Positions 14,956 through 26,706 of a stretch of 64,000 nucleotides of DNA are shown here, one piece after another. A program made the position numbers and the translations under genes. The number at the start of each line of letters is the position of its first letter. Position 1 is the first letter of the stretch. The notes under the pieces were generated by a model. That model was not told the DNA's origin. It worked only from the letters and a program-made list of their open reading frames with translations, and made no database searches. The stretch comes from Antedon mediterranea (taxonomy: Eukaryota > Animalia > Echinodermata), in contig NC_092674.1 of assembly GCF_964355755.1 (NCBI RefSeq), positions 31,558,001 to 31,622,000 on the forward strand, read 5' to 3'.

Positions 14956-15495
14956 ATTACACTGGGTTTCCCTTGTTTATTGTTGGGTGTTATTTTTGTC
15001 TTTTACTTTGGGAATAGAATATAAGTACATATTTTCGCCTTGGATTTAAAAGTTCATTTAACGTATGTAACTTTTGCATTTATGTAAATAATCTACGTAT
15101 GATTCATTTTGGGTTCACATATATGAATAAATATACCTTGAATACATTATCAAATTACTGAAAAAACATAGTCTGATGAACGCATACACATACATATGAT
15201 GTTTTGCTTTTTTACGTTAAAAATATGATTACTATTTTATTCGTTCTTGTATTCACTGAGATCTTCGATGGATTTGTGTGTATTTGAAAAAATGTGTTTT
15301 ATCTAAGTTTTACAAAACATTGGCATAGGATTTACATGTAATCCTGCCATTAAATTATCACCTTGTAGCTTACACGTGTATTGTGCATAGTAGTTTACAG
15401 CTGATTAAAGAATATAGTCTGAGAGCACAAATCTAAAGCCGGCTTTCATATATTCATTAACACAAAATGCAATACAATCAAATAAAGGTACTTAC

Positions 15496-15566
15496 CCATA
15501 TATAGGAGCTACTCCACAACAAACCACCGCAAATACAAAACTGATTAACCAACGTTGTCGATCCAT
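15496..15566 (-). CDS. Putative first coding exon (signal peptide) of an unidentified secreted or membrane protein gene transcribed leftward
   Basis: Minus strand ATG reads MDRQRWLISFVFAVVCCGVAPIY(G): basic N-region and hydrophobic core, then a consensus donor GG|GTAAGT. Promoter-like motifs lie about 300 bp upstream. No downstream exon was confidently identified. Confidence 0.45.
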
Positions 15567-15852
15567 TTGCTCAACAGAAACAAAACGTCGTCTATCGAGT
15601 TATTCGCCTTCTTTAACCATTGCACATCGGATGTGATATGAAGCGTGTTCACTGTCAGTAGCCATCAGTAATTTAATTCGGAGCTTGTAGACAGACCACC
15701 GTCTTTTCTTCCCCACGGTAAAAAATTACCCGTGTCCCTAATTTAGTTTTGCTTATTGATTAAACAGCCATGGGAGCCAATTTATTGTTTTCCTAAACAT
15801 ATCTGTGGCATATTTCCTTCTAGTCGCAGTTACTCCGCAGGTTTATACTAGA

Positions 15853-15934
15853 CCAATCGACGAATTAAATACCGACCAACGTGCGCGCAGTGTGACGTCA
15901 TGCCAGTCACGCTGTTAATTCCGAATTTGATTGG
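15853..15934 (-). promoter_or_regulatory. Candidate proximal promoter (CRE palindrome, CCAAT boxes, GCGC element)
   Basis: CCAAT at 15853, GTGCGCGCAG at about 15881, TGACGTCA at 15893-15900 and ATTGG at about 15930, in a locally GC/CpG-richer patch upstream of the signal-peptide exon. Confidence 0.4.
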
Positions 15935-17419
15935 ATGTGCTGTTATATTTTGTTTCGATCGTTAATATGGGAAACACAATGATATACTGGCAACCGTTTC
16001 TATTCAGACTGCAGTATACCATGGATTATCGATATACATAATAAGAAATGGACAAAATTGTGATTTTTAAAAACAATATAATGTATTTCAATAAAAGCAT
16101 ACAAATCAGAAACAAGAATTCAATAATGTTTAAGGTATATTGTATCCTTACGATTTTGTTTTAAAAGGGATATTTAAGGGGTAAATTTAAACAATTTGAA
16201 GGAAATGTTCACTGCATGCAACGACTAGGACTAATCGTCGATTAATAATATCAAATTTGTATAATATCGTTAATCGTACAGGAATAAAGAGTATGGGCTA
16301 ATTGTATATTGCATTACATCAGAGTATAAGCCGTAGTTGTAAGAAAACTTCAACTTATACCTGGCGAACTAAAATCTTTCATCTGTATGCCCCGAGTTTA
16401 AAAGCTCAAATATGTTGTTGATGAAAAATGATAAAATATTTAGCTTTGAAAAAAAATTACCAGCCTAAGGACATACTGTAGTAAGATTAATGACATTCAA
16501 TTAATATACACGATTTATTCAGCGAAGTAGTTCAATTTTTGCAAATTGACATTTGTTACAATATTGTAAATGATAAACTTGAAAGCTAAATATTATCGAA
16601 TAAAAAGAGAAATGTTATCCACAGTCTATAATATAATATTATTATTTATGAACATCGTATCTGGTATATTATCATCATCTTGACATTTAGTCCCAAAACA
16701 CGCTCAAATAAAAATGTCTGTCCCAGAATGACAGGTGGTATCGAAATCATTAAAAAATTGTCAATAAATAATATTCGAAATGTCTAGATTGTAATATTCT
16801 ATTCACAACGATGCTTTTGGGCATTCTAGTTCAGTGTCTGGTGCGTTATGATGGCGATCCGCGTTTCTTGCCAAACTCATTAATATTTATATTAAATGAT
16901 GCCTAAACTTGAAGGATTTTTATAAATCAAACATAACATTAATACTAGTTATAAATTAGTAATTAGTTTAGTTATTCTATTAATCTCATCCGCATTCATT
17001 AAAATGCATAACCAGAAATAACGGAAAATTGATATAAAGACATTAGTAATGACAATAACTTTGAAATTAATCTAAAAAGTAATTTTTATAAATCTTGGAC
17101 AAAATATTATATAATTTGTTTCCATTAAAACAAAATAAAAATCGATAGTTTGAAATAGGTAATGTTTCTGCTTAATCTTGATTACATTTGCTGAAAATTA
17201 ACCTTTTTTAGATGTATTGATTTCTGAGTTTTACTGACATTATAAATGATGTGTGGGTGTTTTTTATTTAATTTTCTCGAGCTGTGTCACTAGCCATTAT
17301 ATTTGCATAAATTACAAAATGTTTGAAAATGTTATATGTATACCTTAATTGTGTGCATTTTGCCATATTAGAGTTGATAAGCCTATGCTGCAGTATTTTC
17401 AGTTCAATTTTTAGAATGA

Positions 17420-17711
17420 CAATGTATGTATATAACATTCGTTATTCCTAATTGTACAATGCTTCTAAGCACTTCACATTATTTCTCTGGTCATTTTTTG
17501 GATCAATCACGTATGGAAACATACTCTCATAATGTAGCTAATCAGCGAAAATCTGTGTCTTGATCTAACCAGGTACCCATTTATGCACCTGGGTGGAGAG
17601 AGGCAGACGCAAGTAAAGTATCTTGCCAAAAGATACAAGCAATGTGGCGAGATTTGGATTTGGACTCGATCAGTGATCCAACGTCCAGAACACTGCGGCC
17701 ACACGCCCTCA
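17420..17711 (-). mobile_element. Degenerate tRNA-derived SINE
   Basis: Minus strand has an A-box-like TGGCCGCAGTGT and a B-box-like GTCCAAATCC. Central block TTGGCAAGATACTTTAC...CTCTCCACCCAGGTGCATAAATGGGTACC is typical of conserved-domain invertebrate SINEs. L2-type tail GTGAAGTGCTTAGAAGCA. Confidence 0.65.
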
Positions 17712-20700
17712 CTACTTTCAATTTATTTCTCTTATCAACTTATAATGAATATAAAAATAAATTGGATTGAATGGGAGTAATAATAATGATCTATATTATT
17801 TTCAAAAGCTTAATCACATTTTCAAAATCGACACTGGTCGTAGTAGTGTTTATAGTGAGATAAGTATATTAACGAATTCTTGATACTACTAGTATCTATT
17901 CCCAAACATCACACTGACTAAATCAACTGTAAACGTTTGATGCAACTAAAAATAAAGTAAAATGTACTAAAGTACTGCTATTATAATACCTTCGGAATAA
18001 GCCATGTACATTGACACACTTCACTCTTAACGATTTCACAGAAGGAGGCACTGCATATGATACCTTCATTTAAATTTTGGTGACAATGACATGATCTAAA
18101 AGAAAATGTGCAAGTGTTTCTTTTTGGTGCACCTGTGGTATCAGCAGACACGATGAACCCTTTTTCTAATTACTATACTGATGCTACATCATAAATATGT
18201 TTTACTTGTATTTATAATTACTTAAATAATGAATAAATAATTAACTTCCCGCTATCTTTGATCTTCGAAAGCAAAGAACATAATTTTATCGGAGGTAATA
18301 ATCTTTCTTGGTTTGAACCCCACGGAGACTCGTTATTAGTAAATAATGTTACTGCTATGAAATCTGGCTTGCCTTATGAGTGTGTACACAGTCAATAAAC
18401 TAACTTCACGTGATTTAGGACCTAGGAATAGGCCCGGTGAAGAAATGAAATGCGTTTGGATTGGCAAGACTGTTAAACACAGTTTGTTCAAAGATCTTCT
18501 GAATCTTAAACTTTGTGAGCCAAAACTCATTACTTTCTAGAATTTGGCCTATAAAAACAAAATTATATACATATCTATTTCGAAAAATCTAGGAAATTAG
18601 AGATTCCATGTTTTATATTGGAATTTTATCATTAAGAAACATTACTTACTACTACTGTATATTATCATTAAGAAACACTACTTAATACTACTGTATATTA
18701 TTTTAGCGGCTTCGGAAACCGTCTGATTAGGTTTTAGCTTTCATCTTCTAGCATTTAGAATTCAGCGTAACACTTTTCTTTCACACCGACAAGTATAGTA
18801 ATCAATAATTCACTAACTTTCTATATGATTTACAGAACATTTTCAATCATTTAACTACAGCAACAAATTACTTTATTTTCCAAGATATGGTAATACAAAC
18901 GTATATATATTATTACAGTTAAAACAGGGCGTTCTTTATGCCAGCAAACAGTACGACATGCAATGATCTACATTTTCACTTAATGTTTGACGGGATAAGT
19001 TGCTATGGATCCACATCTAGCAACGGTATCTCCAGTTTGTAACATGCAGACTTGTTTTTCTCTTATTTCCTATTTTTAATTCTGCTAACAACTACAGACC
19101 TTAGTCGTTTATCAAGTAAAAGAACTAAGAAAACTAAACTTTACTTTATAATTTACTTAAAATACAATAACTTACTAAATGTTAACTCATTAAACTCGTT
19201 TATGAGTAATCTTCAAATGACTCCCTTGTTAAAACTAATCAGGCAGTGTGTAGACAATTAAATAAGTCACTGTGATTCTTACTTTCACTAAGTATACGAT
19301 GTGGACTGTTCGTTTGAATGTAATGAAGAAAAAATATTTGATTTACGTTTTGAGACATTCTGAATTCCCTGCCCAACAGGACAAGAAACTTTAACTATAA
19401 ACTAAGAGCTGGACCGTTAAATATATGTGATCACGTGGTCAATGGTGAAGCTGAAAGACAGACATTATCAGTATAATTTAGGTCTAAAGATACTGAAACT
19501 ATGCATACGTCTTTTATTTCTTAATCGTTATATATATATATACTTTATGATGCCTAATTCACAGTCGTAATGGATTATTCTTTTAGAATTAACGATGTTA
19601 TTAGCTACTTGTAGTGTAGTTCATGGAGAATCAGCAGCAGAAGTAATATAACGTTGTAGAAAAAACTTATGCCTAAAACCTACAATACATATCATTTCAT
19701 ATGCGACATTGTTTTCTGTTTCGTTCCATTTTCCTAGTTTAAAATTATCCCTTGGAGAAAGCGCTTCTGAACTAAGTAGTCCTAGAAGCGTGTTGAAAGG
19801 TGAGCATTATAATCTCAGTGACATTGTTCTGTTTTAACTTTGAAATTACCAGTCAAAAGTTCAATGTTACAAGTCTTTAATAACAAACACAAAGTGTAAT
19901 TTGTCTTTTTGTACAATCTTATGAGAATTGTAATTGAAATTTGTTTAAAATGTATTTAAAATGCATTGCGAACATGGTTCAATGTATTGTATTGCGTTGG
20001 TTCCCTATTGAAAAGTGAAATTAACGAATCTTGGAAAGGTTCTATTATGAACAATTTCTGTATGTAAATTTAGGACTTAGGTCATAATGGGAAACTCACC
20101 AATTTGAAAATGGCAGAATTTACATTAATCATATGAATATTTGCTAAGACAGGATGACTGATGGTAAAAGCAGAAGAATGCATCACTGATAGTTGCAAAC
20201 TCTTATTATGATCAATGAGCATGTTCATTTCATCTATAGGCGACATAAGAAGAAGGTGATTGTCTTTTGCAGTACGGTCCAACTGCAGCAGAAGGGACAT
20301 TGGTCTCGAGGCAAGTTAAACACCTACAAACGTGTTGTGCACGTACTGCTAGTACATACATGTATCCTTAATGAATTAATAATACTTAGTTTACTTGATG
20401 TGTTGATAGCCAAATAAGTCAAAGTCTTAAATCTAATCGTATCCTATACAGATTCAACTATACTATTTAACGAGGTATACACAGTACTACAGTATACAGT
20501 ATGCAGTACAATTTTGTTTTGTTTATTATTATTAATAATTGAAGCGTACTTTCCGAACATATGTTTGAAAGACATGTTTACTATTAAAATGAAATGGAAA
20601 TTTAAGTTAGCATTTGAATTCGTAATCGATAAAATATCATTTCAAAATATTGGCCTTTGTCATCGCCGGATAGTCTACATGAATAAAAAAAAAATATGTT

Positions 20701-21236
20701 TTTAAACTGTTTTCGTGGTTTGAGATTACGTTTAAGTAATTTCTAAAGTATCTTTTTCCATTGAACTTCATGAACTCCGAATCTAAAAGATTTAAAATGA
20801 CAACAATCGATTTAATGCGAAATTTTGCCAAACAAATCAGATGATATGCTATGCTCAAGAATCATATAAATGATGCTATTAACAAACGGATCCTTAGTTT
20901 GTTTACAATGAGTAGGCCTACTCTATACTAAACCGTACAATAACACTGAGGGCGTACAGACGGATTTTTACTAAATCAAATATTTTTACGATGACAGTTG
21001 TAATTGTAGTAATTTAATCAATTAAAAATCATTTTAGGATGAGTTTTGTTTTGAATTTGATCAGCAAGTCATTATTGTTATTTATTTACGTCTACTAAAC
21101 GCGTGATGTACTACAATTTAAATTCTACATCCCACCAAGAAATAAAAAATACTGATGTAAAAATCAAAAGAAATAAACCATCTATACAATTATGTCGATT
21201 CGATTGGCTTACAATATATCCAATAGGTTTGCTTAA

Positions 21237-22371
21237 AATGGACCTGAAATGGATTTTCGATTTTTTTCATTTTAGAATGATGTTTTGGGGGCTATTAGGT
21301 GTTGCTAGAATGTATATTGTTACAAAATATAAATTGGCCCTTTTGGGGAAAGCCCCATTTGAAAATCAAAAAAATTCGCGGGTGACGTCACTTTGCGAAT
21401 ATATTCCTATCCCTCCAATGGACAATTTGCAGTTTTTTGGCTATAACTCTTGAAATCTATGGAGTATTTTCTAAAAAATGCTTGTGAATTTGCAGAAACG
21501 TATTTAGAATTTTTTTAGATAAAATTATTACCGTATAAACGGTTATTCATCGAGTAAATGACGATTTAAAATCTTAAAATCAACGGGTTTTTTCTGGCAA
21601 TACCGAAGTTGGCCTGGCAACGTTGTCCGGGATACAGCTCCGTGCGCAATGATGCGTATCCATATTTTCCGTTCGTGTATTTTGTATCGTTCGTAATTTA
21701 TACTGCTAAAATGTGATAGTTTCTTTAGTTTTTAGTTTAGCAGAATTAAATTAGTAATATGAGATGATAATTTATTTGTCACGAATCAGGCAGTTCGAAA
21801 ACGAATTTTATTCATATTTTACTTTGGCTTGACAATGAGTGCAGCAAGTTGTTGATATCGCTTTGGTCCTTGGATGCACATGAAACGGAGCCTCGCCTCA
21901 TGATGTGGGTGGTGGATCGACTCCGCGCACTGGATTGGGGGCCTAGCTAGGCCTAGCTAGTAAAGGTTTGGGAGGTAGGCCTTCTAAATTCGGGTTTTTC
22001 TACAAACGAAGTACATTTTAGGGACCTATATTTCAACAACATTAGATATTGAATAAATTAGTATTAGTGTCAACGCTTCGCGTATCTTTCCAGGCCGTCG
22101 ATCATTCACTGACTATCGGGCGGCATACACACTCTCGATATCATCGTGTGTATATGTGACGTCGTGAATATAGAGGCTTCCGACGGCCGTTGAAATAGAA
22201 TATTGCAATGGCGTGAGTAATTTTCGCTAATTTACCATGGTATCTTAAAATTTCGTTTTTACTCACAATACTATATATTTTGTTTTTATTTGTATGGGTT
22301 TGTGTTAATTTGATACATTTAAATAACATGTGTGAATTTCTTGAAAATCGAAATTCCATTTCAGGTCCATT
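21237..22371. mobile_element. Non-autonomous DNA transposon with TTAA TSD (Kolobok-like), 1.13 kb
   Basis: TTAA|AATGGACCTGAAATGGATTTTCGATTTT ... GAAAATCGAAATTCCATTTCAGGTCCATT|TTAA. TIR of about 28 bp, RR...YY termini, no transposase ORF. Confidence 0.85.
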
Positions 22372-22497
22372 TTAAAGATTAATAGGGGGCCACTTTTATG
22401 TACATTCAGTCTACTATCATTACTAACTAACACAGCTTTTGATTTTGTTTTCAAACGACGCCCTCTGTAATACTTTTATTTGGGATTATAGGATAAT

Positions 22498-22994
22498 AGA
22501 GAGGTTTCGCAATCTTACGAATACGATAACGAAATACGATACGTCACGCACACGTATTCGTTTTCGTAAGCCATAAAAAATCTGTTTCGCATGGCAACGA
22601 AATATTGAGGCGCGTCCAAAATATGACTGCGGTAAATTTGAGCGAAGCGCAGGTGCTTAGCCGGCTGCCTAGGCCTAGCGTAACATCAAAGCGAGTGAGG
22701 ACTTTAAAAAAGTGCTATTTATCAAATTGACATGGCATTTTAGTAAATTACTTTTGTAAATTACATTCAATAAATCTATAATTATATTATAATCATGAAT
22801 CATTCCTGATTCAAATGCAAAATGTGCAAAATAGATCAAAAACTATACTCGTTTTGTAGTTACGAATATGATTGGTGATATTCGTCAACACGAATACGCT
22901 TTACGAATATGAAATGGGGATCAGCTCAAAAGTTTCACAAATGTATGACGTATCCGTTTTCGTTATCGTATTCGTAAGGTTGCGAAACCTCCCT
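22498..22994. mobile_element. MITE of about 500 bp with a 50-bp TIR and AAT TSD (PIF/Harbinger-ISL2EU-like)
   Basis: AAT|AGAGAGGTTTCGCAATCTTACGAATACGATAACGAAATACGATACGTCA ... TGACGTATCCGTTTTCGTTATCGTATTCGTAAGGTTGCGAAACCTCCCT|AAT. Confidence 0.85.
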
Positions 22995-23134
22995 AATGAT
23001 GAATGAAAGCGTAACATGCAAACTCTCATGATAGAGGGCGATATAGTATAACAGTATGCAGAGCCATATGCTCTGACAGTATGGACAACAGCAGTGTACA
23101 TCGTACGCCAAGTAATGAAAAAGATACTGTGGTG

Positions 23135-23905
23135 ATAATAATAATAATAATAATAATAATAAGCTTTATTTAATCACGGATACTTAACTCAACTAAAAGT
23201 TGTTTTTCGGTAAGACCGTGCTCAATGGAAAACACCAACAATAATAAATGTAAAAAGCAGATATCAAATCAAATAATAAAACAATTACAGAAGCAAAAAA
23301 CAAAAGCAGATAATAAAACAATTACAATGAAATAAAATGAAACAAGGATACACTTACTAACTATAAAATTAAATAATACACTACATTTAAATAAAGCTAC
23401 ATGAAATTAGCAGTTAACAGTTTCTTAAAAAGAGAGACAGTATTCACATTTTTAATATCTTCATGTAGCTCATTCCAAACCTTGGCACCTCTATATGATA
23501 AGCTACGTTTTTTGTAGTTTGTTTTTGGTTTTGGTACTATTAAATTTGGCTTAGTTCTGATATTATAGTAATTGTTTTTGATATTGAACTTATTTAATAA
23601 ATATGGAGGTGCAAGGTTGTTCATAATCTTAAACATAACAATAGCTTCATTTATATATAATCTTTCATCTAAGTTCATCCAATTTAGACTTTGTAGAGCT
23701 TGAGTACTAGAGTCGGTTTGAGATTTGTTTGTAATAACTTTTGCTGCGCGATTTTGAAGAACTTGTAGTGTTTTACTTTGAGTTATATTTGAACGTCCCC
23801 AAACAACATGGCAATACTCAAGATGAGGAGCCATAAGTGATTTGTATAGTTTGCATTGAATTTCTTTTGGAAATATGTTATTAGTCTTTTTAACATAGAG
23901 GGCGC
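23135..23905 (-). mobile_element. 5'-truncated L2/CR1-group LINE: C-terminus of the RT ORF, 3' UTR and (TTA)n tail
   Basis: ORF 23397-23915 has LYKSLMAPHLEYCHVVW, LQVLQNRAAKVI, LNWMNL, MFKIMNNLAPPYL and SYRGAKVWNEL, diagnostic post-RT motifs of CR1/L2 elements. The 3' end has a stem-loop (CACGG...CCGTG), AATAAA and a (TTA)n tail. Confidence 0.9.
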
Positions 23906-26410
23906 TAGAGTACAATAATAGTAATAGACGATAATATTACTGTATTTATTCATGATTGTATGGAAGAATGATCTGTAGGTTATTGTATTCAACTTATTTT
24001 TAACAATACAGATACATATTTTGACATTTCAAGGTTAATTATGTAAGTTCGCATTTATAATAATTGGTCATTTATACTTTTAGTTTATTGACACTATCGA
24101 TTAAAAGAATTTTAAATAATATGATCAGCTTACATTATTATATTTATTACAACAATTATTACTACTACGTAATCGTTTTGTAAAAGAAAGAGGAATATAT
24201 ACCAAACAAGGCTAGCGCCCCCTACCTGTTAATCCTTCACACGAGTGATACGGACCTGAGCACAGTCTCGTATTGACCAGCTTGTCAATGATATCAATGG
24301 TTCCTACAGTAGTGATAGTAAACATGTTCTGGTACTTGTGTACAATTTAGCTTGCGTTAACATTTAACATATAATGGATCAAGTTTGTGCGGTAATTACT
24401 TTTTCTTCAACTTTTACTTAGGAATCTTCATAAGGAATTACAAAAAGAGAAGGTAAGTTAGTGTGATTGTTATCAGCCATAATACCAAGTAATAGATCAT
24501 TAAGGGCAAGTATACAAAAGAACCCTCATATTATTTGCAACAATGTGCATTGAGCACCTTTGGTGGAGAAATGCGCATTATAGTAGTATGTTATTATTGT
24601 ATTACTAATGGGCCAATGCTGTAATTGCTTGCCCATACATATACATTCAAAGAGTTAATATTTACGAATTCTAAGTCTGGTGAATAATAATTATAAGAGA
24701 AAGCTTATTAAACTATACTTACTTACTCGGTCATACAAACTTTCATATAGCAAAGTTCAACAAGTGAATACTTTGCCATGCTTACACTTTGTTTCCTAAA
24801 CACTTTTTAGAAAAATAATAAAAATATATAATTTGTTGTATACATTACCTATTCCTAATGAAAGAATACTGTTCGTTCTGGAAGGCCTAATTTTGTGATT
24901 AACAATTTTTGTTTTGCCTGCAATTGAGATAGATGCATCTACGGTTAGTAATATCATTGTTGCTGGATTTATAATCCACCGCCACCTGTTAGTTCAATAT
25001 GCACATCCGTAATAAATATGACCATGGTCAGTACATTATATTTGACATTTACACTAATAAAATACGTTTTAATTCTTGTTGGGAAAATAATAGACGTGAT
25101 AGTATAATGTATTTTAATTGCGTGATGTCCTGCCTTGAGTACGACACTGTCTGCATAATATGTCTTTTGTAACCTTCGATGTGCCATAATTACGGCGCTA
25201 ACTTTCATTTTCTAAACATTAAATAACAAAAATAGATTACTTTAATTAATTAATAGAAATTATCGATCAATTTAATTACTCTATTTCCAATTAGGCACAC
25301 TTGTTTTTACCGCGCCATTTCTTTTGATTCCAAAATATGCATGCTGTGTATTTGTTTTACCAATAACTAGCAAAAGACATTTGTTTTCCTTTGTAATGTA
25401 AATGATTTTTATTGACATTAAGACGATCTGTTAAAACTAAAAAAATTGTTCACAAGTTAAGTTGCAATAAAGATGCTAAAACAAACTATACAAACAATTA
25501 AACATTTGAGGAGAGTGACCTTTTAGAAGAAGTAATTAGGTTTACTTGCTCATTTCTTTGGAAAAAACACAACAAAACAAAATTAAAAGAGAATCAAAAC
25601 CCATCTATTGGGTGATCTGGTGAAATAAATATATTAAAAACAATAGCCTATATTTAGTGTCTGAACTGTTTTTTAAAAAACACAATTTATCGATGGAAAA
25701 AGGGAATACATGAATTGAAGTACCGTATATTATAATTGCACTTGATCATCAATGATTTTATTAATTACTCTTGACATAGATAGGTCAGCGGAATCCTGCT
25801 GTTATTGGTAAAATCCCTCGATTGATTTAATCATTAGCTCCACGGGCTTTATATATATATATTGAAATGGTTTAAATGAAATAAATCGATTATTGGTGGT
25901 CTTGTTTTAAATCTACTAGGAATAAATGAGAGTAACCACGTTAACTGAAGCTACAAAATATGTGTTTATCCTCCTACTAGTATATATAACATACAGGTCA
26001 ACTACAGAAAAAAAAAGAATCGTAAAGAAAAGAATACGGTACATCATCATAATGTTAGTGTCCGGTAACTGTATACAATGTGGAAATACCGCATTGCTAG
26101 TCTAGATACAAAAGCGGTTCCTTATCGATGATTGTAGCATTAAGTGGCACAAGTTGATCTGAACAAGTTAACCATACTTTGGTATAATGTGAACCTACTG
26201 GAGAAAAGCTAACGATAGCTGACTAAATACCGTATTGATCTGGTTGACACTTTATTGGCATGTACTACAAATTCTGCGATGTTGAGTATAAAATATTGAT
26301 AAAAACTGTATTGGCAATAAACGTGACGTGATATGAAGTAGCTACAGTTGACAGTTACAGAAACTTTGTCGACAGATTAGCAATTGGAAATGACAATGTG
26401 AACGTAAACG

Positions 26411-26706
26411 TGGCATCACGAAGACACTGAACTTGAACATGAGTATCACACATGTTACAGTGACTACCAAACTGAACTGATGTCAGCAAATGAAAAGCAT
26501 TTTAACGGATAAAATCTAATTAATTACGGGCGTTAAGGGCGGTAGCATGAAGATAGCGTGCGCTGTGGAGGAGACGTGTTTAAAGCTTAAGAGGTTAGGC
26601 AATCAATAGATAAAGATGTAAATATGACGATTGGTAAATTACCAGAAGAAGGTATTACAAACCTTAGTAAAGCCTTAGAAAACTTATTATTAATTGAACA
26701 TTTTTA
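26411..26706 (+). pseudogene. Possible decayed death-effector-domain-like coding fragment
   Basis: Conceptual translation with stops: ...HEDSVRCGGDVFKA*EVRQSIDKDVNMTIGKLPEEGITNLSKALENL. It resembles by eye the DED pattern DLFxxLEExxxIxxxN. Multiple stops and probable frameshifts. Confidence 0.25.

Noticed and set aside
19547-20312. Signal-peptide-like stretch (WIILLELTMLLATCSVVHGESAAE) plus exon-like segments at 19738-19799 and 20240-20310
   Set aside because: In-frame stops flank the peptide, and no splicing combination gave a consistent ORF. At best a decayed or non-coding transcript.
21103-21453. 116-aa ORF
   Set aside because: It straddles the end of a non-autonomous transposon and has no transposase or other motif.
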